A model generated the notes under the pieces. It worked only from the letters and a program-made list of their open reading frames with translations, ran no database searches and was not told the origin of the DNA. From Escherichia coli (GTDB taxonomy: Bacteria > Pseudomonadota > Gammaproteobacteria > Enterobacterales > Enterobacteriaceae): a DNA stretch of 64,000 nt. Positions 34,604-45,810 of this stretch are shown piece after piece. The stretch lies in assembly GCF_003018255.1 (NCBI RefSeq), contig NZ_CP027440.1. One strand, 5' to 3'. Position 1 is the stretch's first letter. Every line of letters starts with the position of its first letter. Both the position numbers and the translations under genes were made by a program.

Positions 34604-35450
34604 AAAAAAATCCCGCAGTGTTCGGCGCCTGCGGGAAGAGATACGAAGATTAACTTTAAGGAATTTTTCATTATTCTGGCAGATGAACTGTAACGCAGCG
34701 TGATTATGAGCACTACAGTCAGTGTGCGGAAATGTGAATAAACTCAGAATTTTTATTCACCGGAAGAGGATTGCCGGATATCGGTGGCAGAGGACAGAAG
34801 GCATCATGCCGGGTTCAGGGGATAAAAAAATCCCGCAGAACTCCGTGCTGCGGGAAGAGAACGATGTTGACTAACCTGTTGGCGTTTTATTTTTATTGAC
34901 CCGCAGAAACTGTAACCTGCCGGAATGCACTCTGCCACGGAGAATGACGGAAAATGTGAAGAAAATCAGAGTTTTTATTTATCCCGTGCATTCGTCTCTG
35001 GCGACAGAGTGGCGTCAGTAATGTCCGTGATACTGAGGGGGGAATTAAAAAATCTCCCGTAATACACCTGGATATTGACGGGAGAAACGAATAGTCACCT
35101 TAAGGAGTAGTTTTGATTATTGCCTGTAATCAGCGGGCGAATTGTAACGTATGGTGATTATGAGTGCCACAGGTAATTTGCAGAAATGTGAATAAATTCA
35201 GAATTTTTATTCACAGGAAGGGGCTGCGGGATATTGGTGGCAGAGGACAGAAAATATCAGGCCGGGTTTAAGGGATAAAAAAATCCCGCAGAGTTAGCGG
35301 AGCTGCGGGAAATAAACGATGAAGATTAACGTTATGGAGTTATTTTTCAGGCATCAAAAAAGTAACGCAGCGTCATTATTGCGGCTACAGGCAATTTGCA
35401 GAAATGTGAAGAATTTCAGAAATTTTATTCCGTCATGACACAGGCACCCT
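34604..35450. repeat. array of four ~210-230-bp repeat units between tail genes I and J
   Basis: Each unit: A-run plus hairpin (TCCCGCAG..CTGCGGGA or TCTCCCGT..ACGGGAGA), which is a minus-strand intrinsic terminator; GATTATGAG box (minus-strand CATAAT); palindrome GTGAATAAA-N7-TTTATTCAC; units 1 and 3 best conserved. Confidence 0.8.
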
Positions 35451-35513
35451 CCGGGGTGCCTGTTGTTTTTGGGCATAAACAGATTCAGACATCAGACAGG
35501 AGAGGGGGACAGA

Positions 35514-38500
35514 GTGGGTAAAGGGGGCGGCAAGGGGCACACACCGCGTGAGGCGAAGGACAATCTCAAATCCACGCAGATGATGAGCGTGATTGATGCC
35601 ATCGGTGAGGGACCGGTGGAAGGCCCGGTGAAGGGACTGCAGAGTATTCTGGTGAACAAAACCCCGCTGACGGACACGGACGGTAATCCCGTGATACACG
35701 GTGTGACCGCCGTCTGGCGTGCCGGGGAGCAGGAGCAGACACCGCCGGAAGGCTTTGAGTCCTCCGGGGCGGAAACCGCACTGGGTGTGGAGGTGACGAA
35801 GGCAAAGCCGGTGACGCGCACCATCACGTCAGCGAACATTGACCGTCTGCGGGTCACCTTCGGGGTGCAGTCACTGGTGGAGACCAGCTCAAAGGGTGAC
35901 CGTAATCCCTCTTCTGTCCGGCTGCTGATTCAGCTTGAGCGTAACGGTAACTGGGGGACGGAGAAGGATGTCACCATTAACGGCAAGACCACCTCGCAGT
36001 ACCTGACGTCGGTGATTCTGAATAATCTCCCTGAGCGCCCCTTTAACATCCGGATGGTCAGGGTGACGGCGGACAGTACCACGGACCAGCTGCAGAACAG
36101 AACGCTGTGGTCGTCATACACCGAAATCATCGATGTGAAACAGTGCTACCCGAACACGGCCATTGTGGGGCTGCAGGTGGATGCGGAGCAGTTCGGTGGC
36201 CAGCAGATGGTGGTGAACTACCATATCCGCGGCCGCATCATTCAGGTGCCGTCAAACTATGACCCGGAAAAACGCACCTACAGCGGTATCTGGGACGGGA
36301 GTCTGAAACCGGCATACAGCAATAACCCGGCCTGGTGCCTGTGGGACATGCTGACCCACCCGCGCTACGGCATGGGAAAACGCCTGGGGGCGGCGGATGT
36401 GGACAAGTGGGCACTGTATGCCATCGGGCAGTACTGTGACCAGACGGTCCCGGATGGTTTCGGGGGCACAGAGCCGCGGATGACTTTCAATGCGTACCTG
36501 TCACAGCAGCGTAAGGTCTGGGATGTCCTGGGGGATTTCTGCTCGGCGATGCGCTGTATGCCGGTATGGAACGGCCAGACGCTGACGTTCGTTCAGGACC
36601 GTCCGTCGGATGTGGTGTGGCCGTACACCAACAGCGATGTGGTGGTGGATGATAACGGCGTGGGGTTCCGCTACAGCTTCAGTGCCCTGAAGGACCGGCA
36701 CACGGCGGTGGAGGTGAATTACACCGACCCGCAGAACGGCTGGCAGACTTCCACGGAACTGGTGGAAGACCCGGACGCCATCCTGCGCTACGGGCGCAAC
36801 CTGCTGAAGATGGACGCGTTCGGCTGTACCAGCCGCGGTCAGGCTCACCGTGCCGGACTGTGGGTGATAAAGACCGAACTGCTGGAAACGCAGACGGTGG
36901 ATTTCACGCTCGGGTCTCAGGGGCTGCGGCACACGCCCGGTGACATCATTGAAATCTGTGATAACGACTATGCCGGGACCCTGACCGGCGGACGCATCCT
37001 GTCCATTGATGCCGCCAGCCGCACACTGACGCTGGACCGTGAGGTGACACTGCCTGAGACAGGTACATCGACGGTGAACCTGATTAACGGCAGCGGTAAG
37101 CCGGTGCGCGTGGACATCACTGCACACCCCGCCCCTGACCGGATACAGGTCAGCGTCCTGCCTGATGGCGTGGCGACATACGGTGTGTGGGGACTCTCCC
37201 TGCCGTCACTGCGTCGTCGCCTGTTCCGCTGTGTTTCCATCCGGGAAAACACGGACGGCACCTTTGCCATCACGGCGGTGCAGCACGTACCGGAAAAAGA
37301 AGCCATTGTGGATAACGGGGCCCGCTTTGAGCCTATGTCCGGTTCACTGAACAGCGTCATCCCGCCGGCGGTGCAGCACCTCACGCTGGAGGTGAGCGCC
37401 TCAGACGGCCAGTATCTGGCGCTGGCGAAATGGGACACGCCGCGGGTGGTGAAGGGCGTGCGCTTCAGTCTGCGCCTGACCAGCGGAAACGGTGAAAACA
37501 GCCGCCTGGTGACCAGCGCCATCACGGCGGACACGGAGTACCGTTTCAGTGGCCTGCCGCTCGGGGAATACACCCTGACGGTCAGGGCGATAAACAGCTA
37601 CGGCCAGCAGGGCGAACCTGCCACCACCACATTCCGGATTAATGCACCGGCGGCACCGGCCAGCATTGAACTGACGCCGGGGTATTTTCAGATAACGGTG
37701 GTCCCGCATCCTGCGGTGTATGACCCGACGGTACAGTCTGAATTCTGGTTCTCAGAAAAACGCATCACGGACACGGCACAGGTGGAAACCTCTGCCCGTT
37801 ATCTGGGGACAGGCAGTCAGTGGAGTGTCTCCGGCCCGCACATTAAGCCCGGGAAGGATTTCTGGTTTTATGTGCGCAGCGTCAACCTGGTGGGGAAATC
37901 TGCGTTTGTGGAGGCCAGCGGGCAGGCCAGCAATGATGGTGAAGGGTATCTGGAAATTTTCCGTGGGCTGATAGATGAGGCGCAGCTGGGGAAGGCACTG
38001 AAAGAGCGTATTGATGCGTCAGCCCTGCGTACTGATGTCACGCAACTGGAAGAAGATATCCGCCAGCGACTGGAGACGGATGTTGCGGAAGTGACCCGAA
38101 AAATCGGGGAGGCGGAAAACAGCCTCACGCAGCTGGTTGCGAAAAAGAATGAGGACCAGACGCTGGCCATCGCGCAGGTGAGTCAGCAGGTGGACCGGGT
38201 GAGCAGTGAAATCACACAGACAGTCAGCCAGAGCACGGAGGAAAACGCCAGGCAGATAGCGCAGGTCCGCCAGTACGTGGATGACAAAGGGAGTGAAATC
38301 ACCTCGACCACGGATAAAAAGCTGGAAGACCAGAGCGCGACCATACAGCAGATACAGCAGGTCCAGTCAGACACGAATGATGAGCTGGCTGCGCTGTACA
38401 TGCTGAAGGTGCAGAAAACGAAAAACGGCATTCCGTATGTTGCCGGTATTGGTGCGGGGATTGAGGATGCTGATGGCCAGACGCTGAGCAATATTCTGCT

Positions 38501-39200
38501 GCAGGCGGACCGTATCGCAATGATTACCCCGGAGAACGGCAACACCACGCCGCTGTTTGTGGCACAGGGGAATCAGCTGTTCATGAACGACGTGTTCCTG
38601 AAGCGACTGTTTGCGGTGAGTATCACGTCATCCGGCAATCCCCCGACGTTTTCCCTGACGCCGGACGGCAGGCTGACGGCCCGCAATGCGGATATCAGCG
38701 GACATATCAGTGCGAACTCGGGCACGCTCAATAATGTCGTGATAGCGGAGAACTGTACGATAAATGGCACGCTGAAAGCGGAGAACATTATTGGTGATCT
38801 GGTGAAATGTGCAGGGGTGGCTTTTCCGGTGGATGGTAGTTACCTTGCGAACGGTACACGGACGCTGACGGTGTATGACGATCACAGCTTTGACCGGCAG
38901 ATTATAATCCCGCCGATAATCTATGTCGGGTCAAAACAGGAATCCCGCACCAGTAATGACATCTGGACAGAGTGCTTCCTGCATGTTGATCAGAACGGAC
39001 GCCGGATTTATTCAGGCAGGTCAGTGGCAGAGCCGGGAATTTTCAGCGGGATCATCGATATGCCAGCTGGCGGTGGTCATATCACCCTGAGTTTTACCGT
39101 GAGCTCACGGCGTCAGAATAACAGTTGGGGCAGTTCACGAATCAGTAACCTTCAGGCGATAGTGGTGAAGAAAAACAGCGCGGGGATCAGCATCCGCTGA
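35514..39200 (+). CDS. J: central tail fibre / host-specificity protein J
   Basis: GTG start ([20 protein letters not shown]..) after GGAGAGGGGGA RBS; collinear with remembered lambda J for most of its length, with an extra coiled-coil-like insertion (~38.0-38.4 kb). Confidence 0.9.
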   Translation: MGKGGGKGHTPREAKDNLKSTQMMSVIDAIGEGPVEGPVKGLQSILVNKTPLTDTDGNPVIHGVTAVWRAGEQEQTPPEGFESSGAETALGVEVTKAKPVTRTITSANIDRLRVTFGVQSLVETSSKGDRNPSSVRLLIQLERNGNWGTEKDVTINGKTTSQYLTSVILNNLPERPFNIRMVRVTADSTTDQLQNRTLWSSYTEIIDVKQCYPNTAIVGLQVDAEQFGGQQMVVNYHIRGRIIQVPSNYDPEKRTYSGIWDGSLKPAYSNNPAWCLWDMLTHPRYGMGKRLGAADVDKWALYAIGQYCDQTVPDGFGGTEPRMTFNAYLSQQRKVWDVLGDFCSAMRCMPVWNGQTLTFVQDRPSDVVWPYTNSDVVVDDNGVGFRYSFSALKDRHTAVEVNYTDPQNGWQTSTELVEDPDAILRYGRNLLKMDAFGCTSRGQAHRAGLWVIKTELLETQTVDFTLGSQGLRHTPGDIIEICDNDYAGTLTGGRILSIDAASRTLTLDREVTLPETGTSTVNLINGSGKPVRVDITAHPAPDRIQVSVLPDGVATYGVWGLSLPSLRRRLFRCVSIRENTDGTFAITAVQHVPEKEAIVDNGARFEPMSGSLNSVIPPAVQHLTLEVSASDGQYLALAKWDTPRVVKGVRFSLRLTSGNGENSRLVTSAITADTEYRFSGLPLGEYTLTVRAINSYGQQGEPATTTFRINAPAAPASIELTPGYFQITVVPHPAVYDPTVQSEFWFSEKRITDTAQVETSARYLGTGSQWSVSGPHIKPGKDFWFYVRSVNLVGKSAFVEASGQASNDGEGYLEIFRGLIDEAQLGKALKERIDASALRTDVTQLEEDIRQRLETDVAEVTRKIGEAENSLTQLVAKKNEDQTLAIAQVSQQVDRVSSEITQTVSQSTEENARQIAQVRQYVDDKGSEITSTTDKKLEDQSATIQQIQQVQSDTNDELAALYMLKVQKTKNGIPYVAGIGAGIEDADGQTLSNILLQADRIAMITPENGNTTPLFVAQGNQLFMNDVFLKRLFAVSITSSGNPPTFSLTPDGRLTARNADISGHISANSGTLNNVVIAENCTINGTLKAENIIGDLVKCAGVAFPVDGSYLANGTRTLTVYDDHSFDRQIIIPPIIYVGSKQESRTSNDIWTECFLHVDQNGRRIYSGRSVAEPGIFSGIIDMPAGGGHITLSFTVSSRRQNNSWGSSRISNLQAIVVKKNSAGISIR

Positions 39201-39398
39201 ACATCGCGCCCCGGGATTGCCGGAAGGAGACAAAAACCGTACAGTATGCGCGGGTGCCTTTGGCTGATGGCCGGAGGGAACACCTGAAGGCCGGATGTGA
39301 AAAGGCCCCGGACAAAACATTCATGTTTAACCCGAGGCCTGACCATTCATCCTAAGCAAGTGAAAGGTTAGCGCCTCTCCGTAAAAGGAGCAAGCGTT

Positions 39399-39539
39399 AT
39401 GTCGCAAAAACCGTTAAAAACCACCGTGATTTGTATCACGGTAGTGCTCATTATCTGGATCACCCACACTTCACTGTGCGAGTTCCGGTTCCGGATAGCG
39501 GGCGCGGAGATTGCGGCGTTCTTACAGTGTAAGCGGTAA
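39399..39539 (+). CDS. Hok/Gef-family type I toxin (46 aa)
   Basis: MSQKPLKTTVICITVVLIIWITHTSLCEFRFRIAGAEIAAFLQCKR: N-terminal TM helix and conserved SLCE..R...EIAAF motif; AAAGGAG RBS; below ORF-track size cutoff. Confidence 0.7.
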   Translation: MSQKPLKTTVICITVVLIIWITHTSLCEFRFRIAGAEIAAFLQCKR

Positions 39540-39636
39540 GAAACCGTGGCGGGGGAGTGTACCTTCCCCGCCGACCGGTTGCTGAGGGTGATCAGCCGGA
39601 TGGCACCTTTTTAACATCAATAAATCACAAATTTTA

Positions 39637-39670
39637 CCGCAGGCCGGGAAACCGGTCCTGCGGTTTTTTT
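39637..39670 (+). terminator. intrinsic terminator after hok-like locus
   Basis: CCGCAGGCCGG-GAAA-CCGGTCCTGCGG followed by TTTTTTT. Confidence 0.55.
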
Positions 39671-39683
39671 ATGGAGGAAATCC

Positions 39684-40952
39684 ATGGCAGTCAGAATATC
39701 GGGTGTGCTGAAGGACGGGGCCGGTAAGCCGGTACCGGGATGCACGATAGAGCTGAAAGCGCGACGCACAACGGAGACGGTGATTGTCACCACGGTGGCG
39801 TATGGTCAGCCGGGGGAAACCGGCAGTTACAGTATGGATGTTGAGCCGGGTCTGTACCGGGTGACGCTGAACACGGAAGGGTACGCGCCGTCATATGTGG
39901 GTGACATTCTGGTGAAGGCGGACTCTGCACCGGGAACGCTGAATAAATTTCTGATGGACCTGGAGGACGCACAGTATTACCCGAAAGCCCTTGCAGAGCT
40001 GGAAGCGGTGGCCGCGGAAATCCTGAAACGTGCGGAAGCGTCAGCGGCGAGTGCAGAGGAAGCGAAGAAACGGGCAGAGAATGCGCGGGGACCGAAGGGG
40101 GATAAGGGAGACACCGGGCCACAGGGTATTCCCGGGCCAAAAGGCGATACCGGCGAGCGTGGGCCAAAGGGTGAGCGTGGTGAGGCAGGCCCACAGGGGG
40201 TACAGGGGCCACGGGGTGAAACCGGACCCGTGGGACCGCAAGGAGAGGCGGGTATTCAGGGGCCTGCTGGTCCTGCGGGCCCGCGAGGTGAAACCGGAGC
40301 CAGAGGCGAAAAAGGAGAGCCGGGAGATCCCGGAGGACCTCCGGGACCAAAAGGTGACACTGGCCCCAGAGGGGAGCCGGGGCCTCAGGGCCCGGCAGGT
40401 CCGAGGGGACCTGCCGGAGAGAGAGGGCCGCAAGGATTGCAGGGTGTGGCAGGGGAGAGAGGCGATACAGGTCCGGCTGGCCCACAGGGTATACCTGGAC
40501 CTCCGGGGCCAACAGGTAGCGTCGGTCCTAAGGGGGAAAAAGGCGAGCCTGGTGATCGAGGTCCACAGGGTGCTACCGGCCCCAGAGGACCACAAGGGGA
40601 AAAAGGGGATAAAGGTGACCCCGGCCCGGCAGGCCCTGCCGGTGAGCGGGGGCCGAAAGGTGATACCGGGCCGACGGGCCCCGCAGGGAAGGATGGCGCA
40701 GATTCACAGGCGAACAGAGTGCGTATCAGCGAGAAAACAGAAGTCACCTCCAGCACAGTCGTTTTCCCCTCTTTTTATGGCGGTGCGCAGGGGGAAAATG
40801 CAGCCCCTGAGGGCGCTGTGATTCTGAATATCAGGACGGCTCCGGTATCACTGACGAACGGCAATTTAGGGGCAGCCTGTGTCACCGCTGTCACTTACGG
40901 CTTCCTTCAGGTTCATGATGGCAGCCAGTGGGTTACGGTGGAACATGAATAA
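39684..40952 (+). CDS. side tail fibre protein with collagen-like Gly-X-Y region
   Basis: N-terminus [26 protein letters not shown].. like lambda Stf; ~200 residues of uninterrupted G-X-Y triplets (nt ~40080-40700); short C-terminal domain. Confidence 0.8.
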   Translation: MAVRISGVLKDGAGKPVPGCTIELKARRTTETVIVTTVAYGQPGETGSYSMDVEPGLYRVTLNTEGYAPSYVGDILVKADSAPGTLNKFLMDLEDAQYYPKALAELEAVAAEILKRAEASAASAEEAKKRAENARGPKGDKGDTGPQGIPGPKGDTGERGPKGERGEAGPQGVQGPRGETGPVGPQGEAGIQGPAGPAGPRGETGARGEKGEPGDPGGPPGPKGDTGPRGEPGPQGPAGPRGPAGERGPQGLQGVAGERGDTGPAGPQGIPGPPGPTGSVGPKGEKGEPGDRGPQGATGPRGPQGEKGDKGDPGPAGPAGERGPKGDTGPTGPAGKDGADSQANRVRISEKTEVTSSTVVFPSFYGGAQGENAAPEGAVILNIRTAPVSLTNGNLGAACVTAVTYGFLQVHDGSQWVTVEHE

Positions 40953-41020
40953 CATGATTTTTCCGGGTGCGGAAAGCTTAAACGGGTACCCCGTCCTGAA
41001 TATTCGTATGAGGAGAAGAA

Positions 41021-41692
41021 ATGAATCTTAAAAATCTGCAACGTTATACTCCTGAGAAGTCGGATGTTCCGGGGGCAATGTACCTGAAGGCAGAGGATGG
41101 CCGTGACTGGTATGAAAGCCAGTCGTCATTTAAGGCGGATACGCTGAAGCTGGTTTATGACAGCGAAGGCATAATCACGAGTATCAGTAAGGATGTGTCG
41201 ATGCTGTGGCCAGTGGGACAGAGTGTGGTGGAGGTTGAGGATACAGAAGAAAACCGCAAAGCTGATATCTCCGGGCGCTGGAAGTTTGACGGGGAAAAAG
41301 TCGTTGATACTCTGACCGCGGAGAAAGCGCGCGGGATGAAGGGCGATGAAATAAACGCGTGGCGTAATGCGATGGAGGCGGCGAACTACACGTTTGAGCA
41401 CAATGGCCGGAAATGGGACTACGGAAAGTCAACGCAGACGCGTCTTGAGCCATCGGTGGCGGCAGCGAAAGCGGGGAAACTGCCGGAGGCGTTTTTCTGG
41501 ACGGATGCGGAAAACAATGATGTACAGGTGACAGCAGAAGAGCTTATTGCGCTGAGTGAAGCGGCAGAGCAGGCGATGTTCAGCAAAGGGATGGAAATCC
41601 ACATTCGCCAGCGCACCATGAAGAAGGACCTGGAATCGCTGAGCAGTGCGGATGAGATCCTGGTATACAGGGTTGGCTGGGCACAGGAATAA
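41021..41692 (+). CDS. tail fibre assembly protein
   Basis: 223 aa; N-terminus MNLKNLQRYTPEK..DGRDWYES..ADTLKLVYDSEGIITSI.. resembles Tfa-family chaperones. Confidence 0.7.
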   Translation: MNLKNLQRYTPEKSDVPGAMYLKAEDGRDWYESQSSFKADTLKLVYDSEGIITSISKDVSMLWPVGQSVVEVEDTEENRKADISGRWKFDGEKVVDTLTAEKARGMKGDEINAWRNAMEAANYTFEHNGRKWDYGKSTQTRLEPSVAAAKAGKLPEAFFWTDAENNDVQVTAEELIALSEAAEQAMFSKGMEIHIRQRTMKKDLESLSSADEILVYRVGWAQE

Positions 41693-42099
41693 CAGACAAA
41701 AAGATGGGGGACCATCACCTCCCCCATGAACTGCGTTGATTATGTCATTATTGTGAAGATATACACTATGCCGGGTAAATAGTGCCACGGAAAAGTTAAT
41801 TCCGGAAGTGACGGAACTCTCATTTTTCGTGCATCCTGTTGATATGGATGATTTTTCAGATTTTCGGAAGTCCGTATTTTTTCCCAGACATTTTGAAGCG
41901 TTTGCTTAATGAACGTATGTGCAGGCTCTTTATCTACGGCTCTTAAAATTGAGAGTCTATCATTGCTGGAGCCTGTGACAATTACGTCCAGGAAGAACTG
42001 CATAACCTGGATGATTTACGCTCAATCAGAGAGAGGGCGATTAGCGGCAATCACGCTTGATAAAATTAACCCCAGTGATCATCCGGGGTTTTGCAATCA

Positions 42100-42660
42100 T
42101 TAAAACCGCATCAACCGTTCTACCAGTTGTTCTTTACGGGCAACGATCCAGCCGTGTTGCTCCAGATAAAATTTAAACCGCTCCAGAGTGCATACCATCG
42201 CATCGGCGGGGACTTTTTCTGTGAACTCTACCTGACCGTGTTTATCAAAGTGGATCAGTAATGCGCATCCATCATTTGGGGTGGGGGAGTTTTGTGTTGC
42301 TGGTGGTTGTTTATGGCTGAAATAACAGTCTTCCAGTTTTTCGAACACTTCCCACGCCTGATCGGTTTCGAGCATTTTTGCATGGCGGGCAGCGCCACGT
42401 TCTGTCCAGAGGATAAGGGAGCGGGCATTTTTACCAACTAACCCGATTGTTTCGGGTCTGTTCTTAAACTCGCGTAATTCGTTTTTTTCAATTTTAAAGT
42501 AATGCTTTCCTACCACGAATCGCGTCGTGTTGTTCAGAAAGTTATCAGAAATGTTTTTGATTTTTGTTCCGTATAACTGCGCCAGAAGTTCAGTTGTAAT
42601 AACGGGGATCTGGTTGTGGGTGATTGCAGGAAGAGTGTCGACAGAAATTTGAGTGGTCAT
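42100..42660 (-). CDS. ORF6N/KilA-N-like DNA-binding protein (putative antirepressor-like regulator)
   Basis: 186 aa from ATG at 42660 with GGAG RBS; N-terminal ..ITHNQIPVITTELLAQLYGTKIKNISDNFLNNTTRFVVGKHYFKIEKNELREF..; last prophage gene before attR, antisense to late genes. Confidence 0.5.
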   Translation of the reverse strand: MTTQISVDTLPAITHNQIPVITTELLAQLYGTKIKNISDNFLNNTTRFVVGKHYFKIEKNELREFKNRPETIGLVGKNARSLILWTERGAARHAKMLETDQAWEVFEKLEDCYFSHKQPPATQNSPTPNDGCALLIHFDKHGQVEFTEKVPADAMVCTLERFKFYLEQHGWIVARKEQLVERLMRF

Positions 42661-43130
42661 AACGATAACTCCGTACATTTGAAAATTATCGCCACCTTCA
42701 GGTTCCAATCATCATGGTGGCGAACTGTGCGGGGTTGGAACTACCGGGTACGGAAACCGGCGAGCCTTTCGGCTCCCCCACACAGCCCGCCATAAATCGC
42801 GAATGTGACTGTGCAAACGATATGAAAAAAGACGCGGGCGCGTCTCATATCGCTCCGTAAACATCCGGGGTTCCAATCCCGACGCCAGATTTTGCTGACG
42901 CGTTGGAAATATAGCCCCGGAGGATAAAAACTGTCAACGGGTAAAAAAATTTCCGTTATCAGGAATGTATAAAATTAAAGCAATCGAGCAAAAAAACTCT
43001 CTGCAAAACTAAAAAAGATCTCAATAAAATCAGGCAGTTAAAAACACGGAAAAACGGTATAAAAAAGCATCTCAAAATCCTGTTTTTTCTTTCAGATACA
43101 ATATGTTATTGCATTTTTTAAAACCTGCCA

Positions 43131-43247
43131 GTCTGGTACATGGATATTGATACCACTGCCAATTATAAACTGGGCGGTGCACAGCAACACGATAGCGTAC
43201 GCCTCGATCCGTGGGTGTTTATGTTCTCAGCAGGATATCGTTTTTAA
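43131..43247 (+). other. ompW: ompW 3'-end fragment (..VWYMDIDTTANYKLGGAQQHDSVRLDPWVFMFSAGYRF*), probable attR / integration-site remnant
   Basis: In-frame translation matches remembered OmpW C-terminus only from ~43131 onward; upstream DNA is phage-like; next gene is yciE as in the E. coli ompW neighbourhood. Confidence 0.55.
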
Positions 43248-43305
43248 TTCCGCACAAAAATGACCCCGTAATTACGGGGTCAATAAGGACATGGTATAAA
43301 GGGTA

Positions 43306-43812
43306 TTATTTCTTCGCTTCTACGCCATCAGTTTCAGAGCGAATTAAGAATTTCTCAGTTGTTTGCGGAATATGCTGAATTAGCCAGTCGGCCATGTGCT
43401 TTTCATCATTTAAAATCGCTTCGATAATCGGAATTGAGGCTGTATCACCGGCATTTTTTGCTGCTGCTAAGAGTGAGGTATAACAGGCGATTTCAAATTG
43501 CTCGAAGACATATCCGCTAATAGAGCCTTTGACTATTTCATCAGAAGGGAATATACCACCGATTGACTGCCCAAGTGCAGCCATTTTACTCATGGAATCT
43601 TTAATGACTGAACGTGAAATGTCATTACGATCAAGAATAGTTTCCAGTTGAACAATCTGGTTTTTGGTTTCACTAAGATGTTGTTCAATACGAGCGCGTA
43701 GTTCAGGATAATTATCTATACGACTGGCCATGGATTCAAGCATTGATTCGGCTTGCTTTTCCATTGCGTGGGCGTCACGTAACCAGTCATGATAATGTTC
43801 AATACGATTCAT
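43306..43812 (-). CDS. yciE: ferritin-like stress protein YciE
   Basis: 168 aa matching remembered YciE; conserved ompW-yciEFG-trp neighbourhood. Confidence 0.8.
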   Translation of the reverse strand: MNRIEHYHDWLRDAHAMEKQAESMLESMASRIDNYPELRARIEQHLSETKNQIVQLETILDRNDISRSVIKDSMSKMAALGQSIGGIFPSDEIVKGSISGYVFEQFEIACYTSLLAAAKNAGDTASIPIIEAILNDEKHMADWLIQHIPQTTEKFLIRSETDGVEAKK

Positions 43813-43857
43813 GAAAATGTCCTCTTTATAAAATGACTAAAAGTTAAAGTTCATATT

Positions 43858-44358
43858 TCAGGCTTTATTTTCGGCTTTCTTATTTACGTTATTAAGGGCC
43901 AGATCAGTCAATTTGATGTCGGTGGCCTTTTCTTCTTCCAGGGGCTCTTTCAGAAGCTTCGCTGCTTTACGATAACCTAATTGTTCAGCCAGCGTCGCTA
44001 ATGTCCCGTAACTGGCAATCTCATAATGCTCGACTTTCTGTGCTGCGGCAATCAGTGCGGCATCACGCACTTCGTTTTTCTCGGTACTTTCGATGACCTC
44101 ATTAGCTTCTTCAATAAGACCTTCCATTGCCACACATTTCATGCGCTTAATTTTCAGATTCGATTCTGATTCCACAACTTGATCAATACGTTCAATCTGT
44201 CCATATGTTTCCTCGAGGTGCGCATGAAAAGCCTGACTTAATTTTTCGTTTGATGTTGCTCTTGCGAGTTTTGCCAGTGCCCGGGTTAATTGTTTTTCTG
44301 CGCTGTAGGTATCTGAAAGCAGGTGAATAAATACATCTTCAATGGTCTTCATATTCAT
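43858..44358 (-). CDS. yciF: ferritin-like stress protein YciF
   Basis: 166 aa from MNMKTIEDVFIHLL..; synteny with yciE/yciG. Confidence 0.8.
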   Translation of the reverse strand: MNMKTIEDVFIHLLSDTYSAEKQLTRALAKLARATSNEKLSQAFHAHLEETYGQIERIDQVVESESNLKIKRMKCVAMEGLIEEANEVIESTEKNEVRDAALIAAAQKVEHYEIASYGTLATLAEQLGYRKAAKLLKEPLEEEKATDIKLTDLALNNVNKKAENKA

Positions 44359-44443
44359 ATTTTTCTCCAGTGAAATCACTGCGAGCCATACGGCCCGCAG
44401 ATGCAATTATCTTTATCAGCTGATATTAATAATTAACGGTGAA

Positions 44444-44623
44444 TCAGGATTTGCCTGATTTATTACCACCGCTTTGTTGACCGCCTTTTTTACCCGCTTC
44501 AGATGCGCGTTGCGGATCATTTTTAAAATTACCGCCGCTATGCTGACCGCCTTTACGGCCAGCGTCGGATGCCTTTTCACGGTCTTCGGCGAAATTTCCT
44601 GAACCACCACGATGTTCGGCCAT
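44444..44623 (-). CDS. yciG: small Gly-rich stress protein YciG
   Basis: 59 aa from MAEHRGGSGNFAEDREKASDAGRKGG.. with repeated basic Gly-rich motifs. Confidence 0.7.
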   Translation of the reverse strand: MAEHRGGSGNFAEDREKASDAGRKGGQHSGGNFKNDPQRASEAGKKGGQQSGGNKSGKS

Positions 44624-45003
44624 GTTATTTCTCCCGTTGCGTTGCATTGTTTCATTAATATGAGTGTTGTGTGTCGACACTCATTAAAATTAGTCGCTAA
44701 TGAAAATTAGTCAAATTAAGCGCAACGAGAAAAAAGAGGGAAAATATATTATGAGGAACATTCTGGATATATTAACAATTGCCTGAGGAATAAGTGACTT
44801 AGAGAAAATTATTGATTTTACTGGTGTTATGTTGCGGGATTAATTTGTTTGATTATATTACTGTTGGGCGGAAAAAAGACGTAAGTTGACGTTCGACAGG
44901 GGCAAGCGAAACGGTAAAAAGATAAATAATAAATGAATTTAGGATTTTTCCAGCTTCGTTAAAGAAAGTTAAAATGCCGCCAGCGGAACTGGCGGCTGTG
45001 GGA

Positions 45004-45810
45004 TTAACTGCGCGTCGCCGCTTTCATCGGTTGTACAAAAGCTTTCAGTGCCGCCAGCATTTTCTCTGGCTCATTAATATGTTGCTCGATGATTTTAACA
45101 ATGGCTGAACCTGAAATCGCGCCTGCAGCTCCTGCATCAATCGCTGCTTTGACCTGATCCGGGGCGGAAATACCAAATCCCTGCAATGGAGGTGCAGCGT
45201 TGTACTCTTTCAGCTTCGCAACCAGATGATCGAGGGGTAACGCGGCGCGGTTTTCTGCGCCGGTCACGCCCGCACGTGACAATAAATAGGTGTATCCACG
45301 ACCGTAGGAGGCTATCTGGCGCAGCAAATCATCGTCGGCATTCGGCGGGCAAATAAAGATAGGTGCGACATTATGACGCAACGCGGCCTGGCGGAAGGGA
45401 GCGGACTCTTCCACTGGCACATCGGCAACCAGCACCGAATCGACGCCGACTTTCTCGCACTGGGCATAAAACTCATCAATGCCTTTGTTAAACACCAGGT
45501 TGGCATACATCAAAAGGCCGATGGGAATGGTCGGGTGCTTCTGGCGAATCAGTGCCAGCATCTCAAAGCACTGTGCCGGGGTCACACCTGCCGCAAAGGC
45601 ACGCAGTGTGGCGTTTTGAATCGTCGGGCCATCCGCCAGTGGGTCGGAGAAGGGGATACCTAACTCCAGCGCGTCAGCACCGGCTTCAATTAGCGTGTCG
45701 ATAATTTTCAGCGACTGCTCAATGCCCGGATCACCGAGCGTGACGAAAGGAACGAATGCGCCTTCTTTGCGCTCCTTCAACTGGGCAAACAGAGATTCGT
45801 AGCGTTCCAT
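45004..45810 (-). CDS. trpA: tryptophan synthase alpha chain
   Basis: 268 aa, [28 protein letters not shown]..; last gene of trp operon. Confidence 0.95.
   Translation of the reverse strand: MERYESLFAQLKERKEGAFVPFVTLGDPGIEQSLKIIDTLIEAGADALELGIPFSDPLADGPTIQNATLRAFAAGVTPAQCFEMLALIRQKHPTIPIGLLMYANLVFNKGIDEFYAQCEKVGVDSVLVADVPVEESAPFRQAALRHNVAPIFICPPNADDDLLRQIASYGRGYTYLLSRAGVTGAENRAALPLDHLVAKLKEYNAAPPLQGFGISAPDQVKAAIDAGAAGAISGSAIVKIIEQHINEPEKMLAALKAFVQPMKAATRS

Noticed and set aside
39787-40821. Several long ORFs on both strands (184-263 aa) inside the side tail fibre gene
   Set aside because: They are produced by the GC-rich Gly-X-Y triplet repeat, which lacks stop codons in multiple frames; only the frame starting with the Stf-like N-terminus is coherent.
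41740-42003. 87-aa minus-strand ORF downstream of the tail fibre assembly gene
   Set aside because: No Shine-Dalgarno sequence upstream of its ATG and no recognisable features; left uncalled, though a small cargo gene cannot be excluded.
1-43250. Integrase, excisionase, immunity region or attL
   Set aside because: None present; the window begins in the nin region, so the left half of the prophage lies outside it.
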